Below are positions 8,465 through 16,035 of a stretch of DNA of 32,000 nt, one piece after another. Source of the DNA: Candidatus Syntropharchaeum caldarium (GTDB taxonomy: Archaea; Halobacteriota; Syntropharchaeia; Syntropharchaeales; Syntropharchaeaceae); contig LYOS01000002.1 of assembly GCA_001766815.1 (NCBI GenBank), positions 378,802 through 410,801 of the forward strand. The letters are read 5' to 3'. How positions within the stretch are numbered: the first letter of the stretch is position 1; each line of letters begins with the position of its first letter. Made by a program: the position numbers and the translations under genes. The notes below the pieces were generated by a model, which had not been told where the DNA came from, did no database searches, and was given only the letters and a program-made list of their open reading frames with translations.

Positions 8465-8587
8465 ATCTTTTGACCTCCTAAGTGATCAAATCACGTCATG
8501 CATGTTTATGAACTTTACCAGAGAGGAATAGTATCTGACGCAGAAGTTCCAAAAATTAAAATACAGGATCTTATAGAGTATGTTACT

Positions 8588-10480
8588 ATGAAAGAGTTAA
8601 CGGTAGATGAGAAAGCAGCATCACTTCTGGGGAAGGCAAAAAAGGATGACGTTGAGATTGTCTGGGATCGTTTTGAGCGGCAGGGGGATAAATGCAACTT
8701 TGGAGAGCTTGGGATATGCTGCAGAAACTGCAATATGGGACCGTGCAGACTCACACATCCCTCGCTACCGGTGCATCTGAGGAAGGGGCCATTTGCGACA
8801 AAGGCAGAGAAAGGAGTGTGTGGTGCAGGATATGATACGATCGTTGCGAAAAACCTCACAAAGGCCATTGCAGCAGGTGCTGCAGCACATTCAGATCACG
8901 GAAGAGATGTAGCAGAAACGTTACTTCTTGTAGCAGCGAATAAGGCATCGGGCTATACAATCAAGGACGAAAAGAAACTTGACGCCCTTGCATCAGAGTT
9001 TGGAATTGATACAGCAGGCAAGAGTAAAGAAGAGATCGCAGGAGAGCTTGCACGTGCCGTGCTTGATGAGTTCGGGACGCTCAAGGGTAGATTGCAGTTT
9101 GTTGAGCGTGCACCTGAGGCAAGACGGAAAGTCTGGCAGGATCACGGGATCACACCACGCGGTATCGATCGTGAGATCGTTGAGATGATGCACAGGCTAC
9201 ATATCGGGGTTGATAACGAATATGTGAGCCTGATCCTGCAGGGGTTAAGGGTAGCCATATCAGATGGCTGGGGTGGATCGATGGTAGCAACAGAACTTTC
9301 TGATGTCCTCTTTGGAACACCAAAACCTGTAAAGTCGAGTGTAAATCTCGGGGTACTTGATGAGAAAAAGGTCAATATCATTGTACACGGACACGAACCG
9401 ATCCTCTCTGAGATGATCGCGGATGCAGCAGAAGATCCTGAGCTCATTGAACTTGCAAAGAGCGCAGGTGCCGAGGGTATCAATCTATGTGGAATCTGCT
9501 GCACTGCAAATGAGCTGCTGATGCGTCGTGGAATCCCAATTGCAGGAAACTTCCTCAATCAGGAACTTGCACTCATCACAGGGGTTGTTGAAGCGATGAT
9601 CGTTGACGTACAGTGCATAATGCCATCACTCGGCGAGATTGCAAAGTGCTATCATACACTGCTCATCTCAACATCCTCAAAGGCAAAGTTCCCCCATGCT
9701 GAGCATATCGAGTTTGATGTAACACGGGGCAAGGAGATTGGAAAGGAGATCGTAAAACAGGCAGTTCTGAACTTCAAGAGCCGTAACCCTGATCGAGTTC
9801 AGGTGCCTTCAGATCCCGTTGAGATGATGGCGGGATTCAGTGCTGAGGCAATCATCGAGGCACTTGGTGGAAGCCTGACGCCGCTCATCGACGTGATAAA
9901 AGCGGGTAAGATCAGGGGGATTGCTGCACTCGTTGGTTGCAACAATCCGAAGGTCACACAGGATAAGAATCATACCGTGATCGCAAAAGAACTCATCAAG
10001 AGAAATATACTTGTGGTTGAGACAGGGTGCAGCGCAATCGCCTGTGCAAAGGCAGGCATGCTTCTCCCAAGTGCTGCAGAGATGGCAGGAGAAGGGCTTA
10101 AGGCAGTCTGCAACTCACTCGGCATCCCACCGGTTCTTCACATGGGCTCGTGTGTTGATATAAGCAGGATACTCGTTGTTGCAGGTGCAATCGCAGATGA
10201 ACTCGGTGTTGACATCTCGGATCTACCCATTGCAGCCGCAGCACCTGAGTGGATGAGTGAGAAAGCAGTGAGTATCGGCGCTTATGCGGTTGCATCAGGA
10301 ATTTACACACTCCTTGGCGTATCTCCTGCAATCTTTGGAAGTTCCAATGTCGTTGAACTCCTGACAGCAGGTGCTGAGGATGTTGTTGGTGGCAAATTTG
10401 CAGTTGAATCCGATCCAGTAAAAGCGGCTGATATGATCGCGAATGTGATCGAAGATAAGCGCATGAGTCTCGGAATTTGA
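8588..10480 (+). CDS. cooS: anaerobic carbon-monoxide dehydrogenase catalytic subunit
   Basis: The Cys pattern is CNFGELGICCRNCNMGPCR...GVCGA, then VHGHEP, CGICCT, VDVQCI, GCNN, TGC and MGSCVD, which are the B/C/D-cluster ligand motifs. The ATG at 8588 (MKELTVDEKAASLL) gives the N-terminal spacing seen in CooS homologs. The longer ORF from 8498 would leave only 33 nt to the divergent aroC start. Confidence 0.85.
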   Translation: MKELTVDEKAASLLGKAKKDDVEIVWDRFERQGDKCNFGELGICCRNCNMGPCRLTHPSLPVHLRKGPFATKAEKGVCGAGYDTIVAKNLTKAIAAGAAAHSDHGRDVAETLLLVAANKASGYTIKDEKKLDALASEFGIDTAGKSKEEIAGELARAVLDEFGTLKGRLQFVERAPEARRKVWQDHGITPRGIDREIVEMMHRLHIGVDNEYVSLILQGLRVAISDGWGGSMVATELSDVLFGTPKPVKSSVNLGVLDEKKVNIIVHGHEPILSEMIADAAEDPELIELAKSAGAEGINLCGICCTANELLMRRGIPIAGNFLNQELALITGVVEAMIVDVQCIMPSLGEIAKCYHTLLISTSSKAKFPHAEHIEFDVTRGKEIGKEIVKQAVLNFKSRNPDRVQVPSDPVEMMAGFSAEAIIEALGGSLTPLIDVIKAGKIRGIAALVGCNNPKVTQDKNHTVIAKELIKRNILVVETGCSAIACAKAGMLLPSAAEMAGEGLKAVCNSLGIPPVLHMGSCVDISRILVVAGAIADELGVDISDLPIAAAAPEWMSEKAVSIGAYAVASGIYTLLGVSPAIFGSSNVVELLTAGAEDVVGGKFAVESDPVKAADMIANVIEDKRMSLGI

Positions 10481-10495
10481 TGAATAAAACGCACG

Positions 10496-11008
10496 CTATT
10501 TGATCTGTAACAACGGACTGTTCCTGTTGATATGGCAGATCGCAACCGCTATTGCATCTGCTGTATCATCAGGCTTTGGTATATCGTGCAGATTAAGAAG
10601 CAGACGCACCATCTCCCCAACCTGGGCTTTCTTTGCTTTCCCATACCCAGTTATTGCCTGTTTAACCTCAAGTGGGGTGTACGAAAAAGTTTCAACCCCC
10701 ATCGTCACAGTAGCGAGCATTAGAACTCCTCTTGCTTCGCTCACGTCCATAGCGGTTTTTGCGTTCGCATAAAAGTAGAGCCGTTCAATTCCAGCTTCAT
10801 CGGGGTTAAAACGGTCGATGATTGCAGATATTTCGTCATAGATCATCTTGAGTCGTTTAGCATGTTCCATCTTTGCAGGGGTGCTTATATAACCACAATC
10901 AAGAAGCCTCATCAAATTGTTGCTCGATTCAACAACCCCCCATCCAGTGGTTGCAGTTCCAGGATCAATTCCAAGTACAACAAGTGGCCTACCAGAGCGT
11001 CCTGGCAT
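10496..11008 (-). CDS. ruvC: RuvC-type crossover junction endodeoxyribonuclease
   Basis: VLGIDPGTATTGWGVV (catalytic Asp), IERLYF (Glu) and PDDTADAIAVAICH (Asp/Asp) are present. The ATG at 11006-11008 is preceded by GGAGGGG. The ORF-track extension to 11071 is unlikely. Confidence 0.8.
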   Translation of the reverse strand: MPGRSGRPLVVLGIDPGTATTGWGVVESSNNLMRLLDCGYISTPAKMEHAKRLKMIYDEISAIIDRFNPDEAGIERLYFYANAKTAMDVSEARGVLMLATVTMGVETFSYTPLEVKQAITGYGKAKKAQVGEMVRLLLNLHDIPKPDDTADAIAVAICHINRNSPLLQIK

Positions 11009-11447
11009 CAATAATCCCCTCCTCCGTGACAATCGCAGAGACAAGCTCAAGCGGTGTTGCATCAAATGCAAAGTTCAAAACATCAACTCCATCAGGGGCG
11101 TTCTTGATTCCCTTGAAGTATCGAAGCTCATCCCCATCTCGCTCTTCAACCTTTATATCTGCTTCTGTGTGATTAAGATCGAACGTCGAGGTTGGTGCTG
11201 CAACATAGAAGGGTATCCCGTGATGCTTTGCATTTACAGCATGTGAGTATGTCCCGATCTTGTTAAATACCGCATCTTTGACGATTCTGTCCGCACCAAC
11301 AATCACCTTGTCGATTAGCCCACGTTGCATGAGATATGCGGCAGATGAGTCGGTTATGAGCGTGACAGGTATTTTATCTTCCATAAGTTCCCATGCTGTG
11401 ATCCTTGAGCCCTGATTGAGCGGACGGGTCTCACATGCAATCCACAT
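10989..11447 (-). pseudogene. displaced 3' fragment of mtnA (C-terminal ~145 codons only)
   Basis: ...ACETRPLNQGSRITAWELMEDKIPVTL...VSAIVTEEG is near-identical to residues ~180-320 of the full-length gene at 16036-17016. There is no N-terminal half. The first codons (MWI) come from junction sequence. The C-terminus (IIDARTLW*) overlaps the ruvC start. Confidence 0.8.
11010..11438. repeat. direct repeat copy A (mtnA 3' end), right-hand partner at 16051-16479
   Basis: In my hand alignment the offset is a constant 5,041 bp at both ends. I found no indels and about 13 substitutions in 429 nt. Confidence 0.85.
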
Positions 11448-11569
11448 TTTGGATATAACATATTTTCCTCCGTCTTAATTCATTTTTTTCTATCATCGTA
11501 TTCAAAGGTACACTTCTATCCGTTGAGGAATTGCTGAGCATCCGCTTTGTCGTTTTCCGCTCATTTTGT

Positions 11570-11779
11570 TTAATCCTCCTCAAATATGCCACACATGAAA
11601 CATACGAAAGCACCTATTATACATGCTTTTCCTAGGAGAAGGTTACCACCCCACCAAGCCGCAAAAGTAGCGTCATTCGATAGTCGCGCCCATCCCACAA
11701 AAATAATCGTACTGAGATAACTCAGCAGAGGCCCCATCAAAAGAACGAACCCTGATGCATACCATTGGATTTTATTCAT
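11570..11779 (-). CDS. small two-span membrane protein
   Basis: It has two hydrophobic helices (FVLLMGPLLSYLSTIIFVGW and LLLGKACIIGAFVCFMCGIF). It lies 20 nt downstream of the nuclease gene, and the ATG at 11779 (MNKIQWY) is preferred. The only support is ORF length and hydropathy. Confidence 0.4.
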   Translation of the reverse strand: MNKIQWYASGFVLLMGPLLSYLSTIIFVGWARLSNDATFAAWWGGNLLLGKACIIGAFVCFMCGIFEED

Positions 11780-11798
11780 GTGATTTTCCTCCAATCAA

Positions 11799-12620
11799 TT
11801 AGTCAAACCCACTATAACTGTAGCTTATCACTAAATTACCGCCCACTTCTCTTAAATAAAGTGTATCACCATCATTGTTCCATATTGCGTTACATGTATG
11901 ACCGCTGCTATTCCAGTATAGTGCTCTTTTTGTATCCATTCCAGAACCTGTGTACAGCGTAACCGTGGCACCACCTGCCAGTTCAAAATCTGGAAACGTG
12001 TAGATATGATTCGCCTCATCTTTAACACTCCAGCCGGTCATATCGATCGATTCGGTGCAGGTATTCTTGAAGGTGACATACTCATCGTTGAGGTTATAGC
12101 AATCATTGCCCTCTGCATTCCAGTTAAAATAAAGGATACCGATGCATTTAGATAAACCTTCTGATTGTTGCCATATTCCTCTTTTTGCGTTTTTTGCTTC
12201 TTCTTCGGCTTTTTCAAAGTCATCTGAATATCTCGTGTTTGGAGGTATGATATAGACGTTAGCGTATCCTTCTCTAACCAGTTCTAAGTTTACAAATCTA
12301 TCATCAATGTAAATATACCTTAACAGTCTTCCATATTTGTCCTTATCCTCAACATCCTTTTCCAACATTACTGTTTTTCCTTCAATTAATTTCTTTAGCA
12401 TATTTGTCGCTTCTTCGTAGTATGGTTGTCCCATCTCTGGCGTATTAATTCCGAGCAATCTGACCCTTTCGCCGTTCTGTAATTCTACAGTATCACCGTC
12501 TATTACACTGGTTACAACAGCGGTTGAGATTGGTCGTTCCGTTTCAAGGCATCCCGCAAAAATTAGAGCCAACGTGATTACAATTGCAGCTAATAAACGT
12601 GCTATGGTTTTCTTCTTCAT
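11799..12620 (-). CDS. secreted lipoprotein: staphylococcal-nuclease (SNase) domain fused to a lamin-tail (LTD) domain
   Basis: A signal peptide with a lipobox-like LIFAGC leads the protein. The SNase motifs are VIDGDTVEL...VRLLGINTPE...KYGRLLRYIY...RGIW, with the Ca-ligand Asp40 equivalent being Asn. The C-terminal LTD pattern is NAEGNDCYNLNDEYVTFKN...MTGWSVKD...IWNNDGDTLYL. Confidence 0.8.
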   Translation of the reverse strand: MKKKTIARLLAAIVITLALIFAGCLETERPISTAVVTSVIDGDTVELQNGERVRLLGINTPEMGQPYYEEATNMLKKLIEGKTVMLEKDVEDKDKYGRLLRYIYIDDRFVNLELVREGYANVYIIPPNTRYSDDFEKAEEEAKNAKRGIWQQSEGLSKCIGILYFNWNAEGNDCYNLNDEYVTFKNTCTESIDMTGWSVKDEANHIYTFPDFELAGGATVTLYTGSGMDTKRALYWNSSGHTCNAIWNNDGDTLYLREVGGNLVISYSYSGFD

Positions 12621-12724
12621 GTTTCTTAACTCCCTTTTATGTTAAAGTTCCATCCTTATCATCCCGCAATAAATTCGAGGGCATCTCGTTGATATATCTT
12701 GCTCATTTCTCCTTCTTAATATAG

Positions 12725-13069
12725 TCAATCCTTTTTTTCAGCTTCGCTTTGTAACCATGCAAAGATTGCTAATATTAAGACAAATATTGCCTTCAAAAAA
12801 GATATTACGACCAATTCCAACATACTAATGTGTGATTGCATGCATCTAATCGCACCCGTTTCTGTATAAGAAGAACACCCAGCTAATGTTGTGCCCATAA
12901 TATCTCCTGCGAGATATATGTTTAGGGCAAGGTAACCACTAGATGCAGCAAGGAACGAAATAAATAACAGCCATTGCCATTTTTTCTTCCATACGAGTAT
13001 AGCCAGAATGATTATAAGTATCAACGTCTGAACAATGAGCATCAACGCTTGAACTTCTGTCACGCTCAT
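12725..13069 (-). CDS. membrane protein (3-4 TM), function unknown
   Basis: Support is from hydropathy only. It sits in the island operon. Confidence 0.45.
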   Translation of the reverse strand: MSVTEVQALMLIVQTLILIIILAILVWKKKWQWLLFISFLAASSGYLALNIYLAGDIMGTTLAGCSSYTETGAIRCMQSHISMLELVVISFLKAIFVLILAIFAWLQSEAEKKD

Positions 13070-13163
13070 CTATTCGTCATCACCTCTATTTTCCGATCAC
13101 CCTTTTTCATTTCGCCCACAGAAACTCTTCTGGAAATTTTTTACTTCTGTTGGTAAGCATACT

Positions 13164-14576
13164 TTACTTTCTCCTTCTAACAAGATACACAACCACTAAC
13201 AACCCTGCAATTGCAAATATCGCTGTGAATCCTGGAACTCCAAAAATACTTTCAGCTATCCAGATCGTGACTACTATGATCTCCTTTACTGGAACATCCC
13301 CCGGTGCAGCAATTTTTGGTGTAAGTTCTCCGCCTTCACCTACGGTATAGGCCTGCGTACCCTTGTTGTATGTCAGATTTGCTTCTATCCCAATATCTCT
13401 GGGTTCGGTCAGCGTGATTGTGTAGTTACAGGTATGTTCCTCGCCTGGTTGTAATTCTTCTCCCGACCAGTAAATTCTGTTAAAGTCAGGGTTGATTTTA
13501 CAGCCTGAAATCGCCTCAACATGCAGATCTACTGGGTGATCGATCTTTAAGTTGATATCGGTTGCTTTAACCTCACCAATGTTCTGGATCGTCAATGAGA
13601 TCAGTGCTGTACCCGTTCCATACTTTTCAATCTTGTATCCCAGATTTAGCTGTGCCTCTTTTACGATTTGTGTTGCTGGTGTTGATGTTATTGTCGGCGT
13701 TACAGTAGAGATTGTTGTTGGTATCACTGTTGGAGTACCACCTGTCTCTGTAGCGGTTACCGTCGGGCCTGTGCCTCCACCACCGCTGCCACCGCCGCTG
13801 GATTCAGTAGCGGTAGGTGAAGCTGTTTTTGTCTCAGCTGGCGTGGGTGTAGTAACAGTCATCGGATCAAGCGGATACGCATCTTGGCCATCCCATACAC
13901 CGTCACCATCGGTGTCAGGATCACATGGATCAGTTATCCAGCCATCTGCGCCTTCAACAGTTTCTTCAAAGTCATTAAGACCGTCTCCATCAGTGTCAAC
14001 CTTGTCTGGATCTGTGCATCCAAGCTGCTCCTGTGTGTCCGGGATACCATCTCCGTCTGAGTCTGTGGGACCACTCCCGCCCCCTCCTCCTCCACCGGTA
14101 CCACCACTGGATTCGGTAGCAATTGGTGTCACCGTGGGTGTCTCAGTCTCGGTTGGTGTGTGGGTTGCCTCTGGCTCACCTGTTGCACCAAGGTCAAGCA
14201 TTCGTGGCTCTGCCATGCTCTGCCACCCGGTGGTCTCATTTGCACGAACACCGTTCACGTAGAAGATGATCGTCTTACCATCATCCACTGCGCTGCCCGC
14301 TACTTCAAGATAGTTGAAATCATGACCGTACTTTCCTGCTGACTCAACCATGACACTTCCCCGAAGCTCACCATCGATGTATGCATTTATTACTGTCCCA
14401 ACTGGGGCTGGTTCACCATTCAATGTCACATTACCATAGAACTTGTTTGGAGGAAGTTGTGCATCTCCCATCACTGTCGTCATCGATACCGCCGTAATTA
14501 CGGCCCCGATCAAAAGCACAAAAAATATCAGATTCATTCCTTTCTTCAACAAATTCCTGATCGCCATTTCCTCCAC
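13164..14576 (-). CDS. PGF-CTERM-anchored surface protein
   Basis: Domain order: signal/TM; a ~90-aa beta-sandwich ([19 protein letters not shown]...FYVNGVRA); Thr/Pro and Gly-rich linkers; thrombospondin-type-3-like Ca loops ([27 protein letters not shown]); a CARDB-like module; and the C-terminal [24 protein letters not shown]. The ORF-track start is GTG, and the ATG 9 nt downstream (MAIRNLL) is an alternative. Confidence 0.8.
   Translation of the reverse strand: MEEMAIRNLLKKGMNLIFFVLLIGAVITAVSMTTVMGDAQLPPNKFYGNVTLNGEPAPVGTVINAYIDGELRGSVMVESAGKYGHDFNYLEVAGSAVDDGKTIIFYVNGVRANETTGWQSMAEPRMLDLGATGEPEATHTPTETETPTVTPIATESSGGTGGGGGGGSGPTDSDGDGIPDTQEQLGCTDPDKVDTDGDGLNDFEETVEGADGWITDPCDPDTDGDGVWDGQDAYPLDPMTVTTPTPAETKTASPTATESSGGGSGGGGTGPTVTATETGGTPTVIPTTISTVTPTITSTPATQIVKEAQLNLGYKIEKYGTGTALISLTIQNIGEVKATDINLKIDHPVDLHVEAISGCKINPDFNRIYWSGEELQPGEEHTCNYTITLTEPRDIGIEANLTYNKGTQAYTVGEGGELTPKIAAPGDVPVKEIIVVTIWIAESIFGVPGFTAIFAIAGLLVVVYLVRRRK
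13167..13244 (-). other. PGF-CTERM archaeosortase (ArtA-type) sorting signal
   Basis: A PGF tripeptide (13227-13235) is followed by a hydrophobic helix and an RRRK tail at the extreme C-terminus. A Thr-rich linker precedes it. Confidence 0.75.
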
Positions 14577-14601
14577 GCCTCTAATGACGGTTTAGCTCAG
14601 A
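14541..14601 (-). promoter_or_regulatory. conserved leader plus first ~12 codons, shared with 15940-16000
   Basis: The 61-nt block tttcttcaacaaattcct...cctctaatgacggtttagctcaga recurs with about 6 mismatches. On the coding strand it reads ctgagctaaaccgtcattagagg.gtggaggaa followed by M..RNLLKK. A TATA-like TATAAATA lies just upstream (about 14611-14618). Confidence 0.45.
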
Positions 14602-14622
14602 CCATATTTATACGTTTGGATT

Positions 14623-15375
14623 TTAACTTTTCACAGAGTCAAAAAGAATAATCTCAAATACTTCATCAGAAACTGGGAACGAAAAAGTTATTTTTGGGTA
14701 GCGGAATTCAAAATATTGAATAATGTGTTCTATGTTGAATTCTTCCATTAATTTCTGAAAAGGTTCTTTTGCTAAATTCATAAATTTAGCAGGGTCTATT
14801 AAGATGCACTTTTCATTCTCGATTTTAGATAACATGAAAAGTCTTTTGGATGTTTCTTCTCCAAGAAGTGCAAATTCTTTATTTTGTTTGACTTGGAGTA
14901 AATTTTTGGCAGTAGCCTCATTTTCAGAAAAATACTTTTCGGGATTTTTTCCAATTCCATGCGCTATTTTGGCAAATTCTGAAGTATTAAAAATAATGCG
15001 GCCATCTTCTTTGGCTTGTATGAGCAAATCTTCAAGTTTTTGTTTTGATGCTACGAACAAAATATAGCCTTTTTCAACTTCATCAACCGCGATAACCTTT
15101 ACACAAGATTTTAAAAAAGAGTGAAACAAGCCCTGTTTTAACGTTTCGAGAATATCAAGATGGTCGTGGTGCTCTCCATTGGTCGTCCAATGTCCAGTTA
15201 TTCTTTTCAAAGATTCTTTTTCATCAAACAATATGGTAAAATGGTCATCCCTTCCTCTTTTCATCAAATCATCCTTGACGCCAAAAATAAGACCGTCTCT
15301 ACATAAAGCTATAAAAAATTCGTTACCCATAAAATCTATTTCCAGCTTTGATTTCTTTGTCTTGAACATAAACAC
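14623..15375 (-). CDS. hypothetical cytoplasmic protein (no signal peptide), orphan
   Basis: This is a 250-aa ORF in the most AT-rich part of the window. It has no motif I can recognise. Confidence 0.5.
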   Translation of the reverse strand: MFMFKTKKSKLEIDFMGNEFFIALCRDGLIFGVKDDLMKRGRDDHFTILFDEKESLKRITGHWTTNGEHHDHLDILETLKQGLFHSFLKSCVKVIAVDEVEKGYILFVASKQKLEDLLIQAKEDGRIIFNTSEFAKIAHGIGKNPEKYFSENEATAKNLLQVKQNKEFALLGEETSKRLFMLSKIENEKCILIDPAKFMNLAKEPFQKLMEEFNIEHIIQYFEFRYPKITFSFPVSDEVFEIILFDSVKS

Positions 15376-15441
15376 TCACCCGTTTCTTTCATCTTATAAA
15401 ACCTTACGAATGGCTTGGTAAACTCTCACGTCTCTCTTTCT

Positions 15442-15975
15442 CTATGCTCCTAACAGTGAATTACAAGCTTCAATTTGTTTTTCTGAGCTATTAATTGCAT
15501 CGATAACTAAAGATCTCTCTTCAAAAGTTGGATAAAGCTCTAATAACATCTTTAATTTCTCTAATGATTGTGAGTAAAAATGTTTAGCGTTATTAATGAA
15601 ATAAGCAGCTTCTCCAGAGTTAAAGGCAGTATAAAATGCAATATCCCCGTCCACCTCGTCAATTCTCGCATCTACAAATAATACCCAATCCTCTTCTCCA
15701 GCGCTAATAAAAGCCTCCTTAGATTTTTGTAAAAGCCCTCTAACATCATGCAGCTGGTATAACACTTGATTATAATTAAAATCATCACCTTGTATAGTAT
15801 GCAGCATTGCAGTATTCACTTCATTCCAACAGAACATCGCATCGTTATAATATTCTATCCCTTTACTTTTATCCCCTATGCATCCCGAAAATATAACGAC
15901 CAATGCAATCACTGCTATCGCTATTAAGCCTGCTATATCTTTCTTCAACAAATTCCTCATCATAACTTCCTCCAC
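15442..15975 (-). CDS. putative secreted lipoprotein, helical
   Basis: A signal peptide ends in VIFSGCIG (lipobox-like Cys). The rest is predicted soluble. The N-terminus and leader are homologous to those of the gene at 13164-14576. Confidence 0.55.
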   Translation of the reverse strand: MEEVMMRNLLKKDIAGLIAIAVIALVVIFSGCIGDKSKGIEYYNDAMFCWNEVNTAMLHTIQGDDFNYNQVLYQLHDVRGLLQKSKEAFISAGEEDWVLFVDARIDEVDGDIAFYTAFNSGEAAYFINNAKHFYSQSLEKLKMLLELYPTFEERSLVIDAINSSEKQIEACNSLLGA

Positions 15976-16000
15976 ACCTCTAATGACGGTTTAGCTCAGA
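15940..16000 (-). promoter_or_regulatory. conserved leader plus first ~12 codons, twin of 14541-14601
   Basis: See 14541-14601. A TATA-like TTTAAAT lies about 10 nt upstream of the conserved block (about 16006-16012). Confidence 0.45.
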
Positions 16001-16035
16001 TTAGATTTAAACTTTTGGATAACTCACTTCCCATC

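Noticed and set aside
8498-8587. A 30-codon N-terminal extension of cooS from the ORF-track start at 8498.
   Set aside because: It would leave only 33 nt for two divergent promoters (aroC and cooS). It would also add an N-terminus not matching the usual distance from Met to the CxxxxxxxCC cluster motif. The ATG at 8588 is preferred, though this cannot be proven without TSS or proteomic data.
10917-11246. The plus-strand ORF 10917-11246 and its twin at 16015-16287 (near-identical 90-109-aa products).
   Set aside because: Their conservation is a by-product of lying antisense within the two mtnA repeat copies. They have no independent coding evidence.
12659-12706. A 15-codon ORF, MSKIYQRDALEFIAG*, with an AAGGAG upstream. 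It resembles the N-terminus of N4/N6 DNA methyltransferases (IYxGDxLE).
   Set aside because: It is far too short for a family assignment. A single short motif can arise by chance. It might be a remnant of a deleted methylase in the island, but it is unsupported.
13552-14262. A 236-aa plus-strand Pro/Val/Gly-rich ORF, plus the similar ORF at 31376-31588.
   Set aside because: They are antisense to the Thr/Pro/Gly linker regions of the minus-strand surface proteins. Their low-complexity composition explains the open frame.
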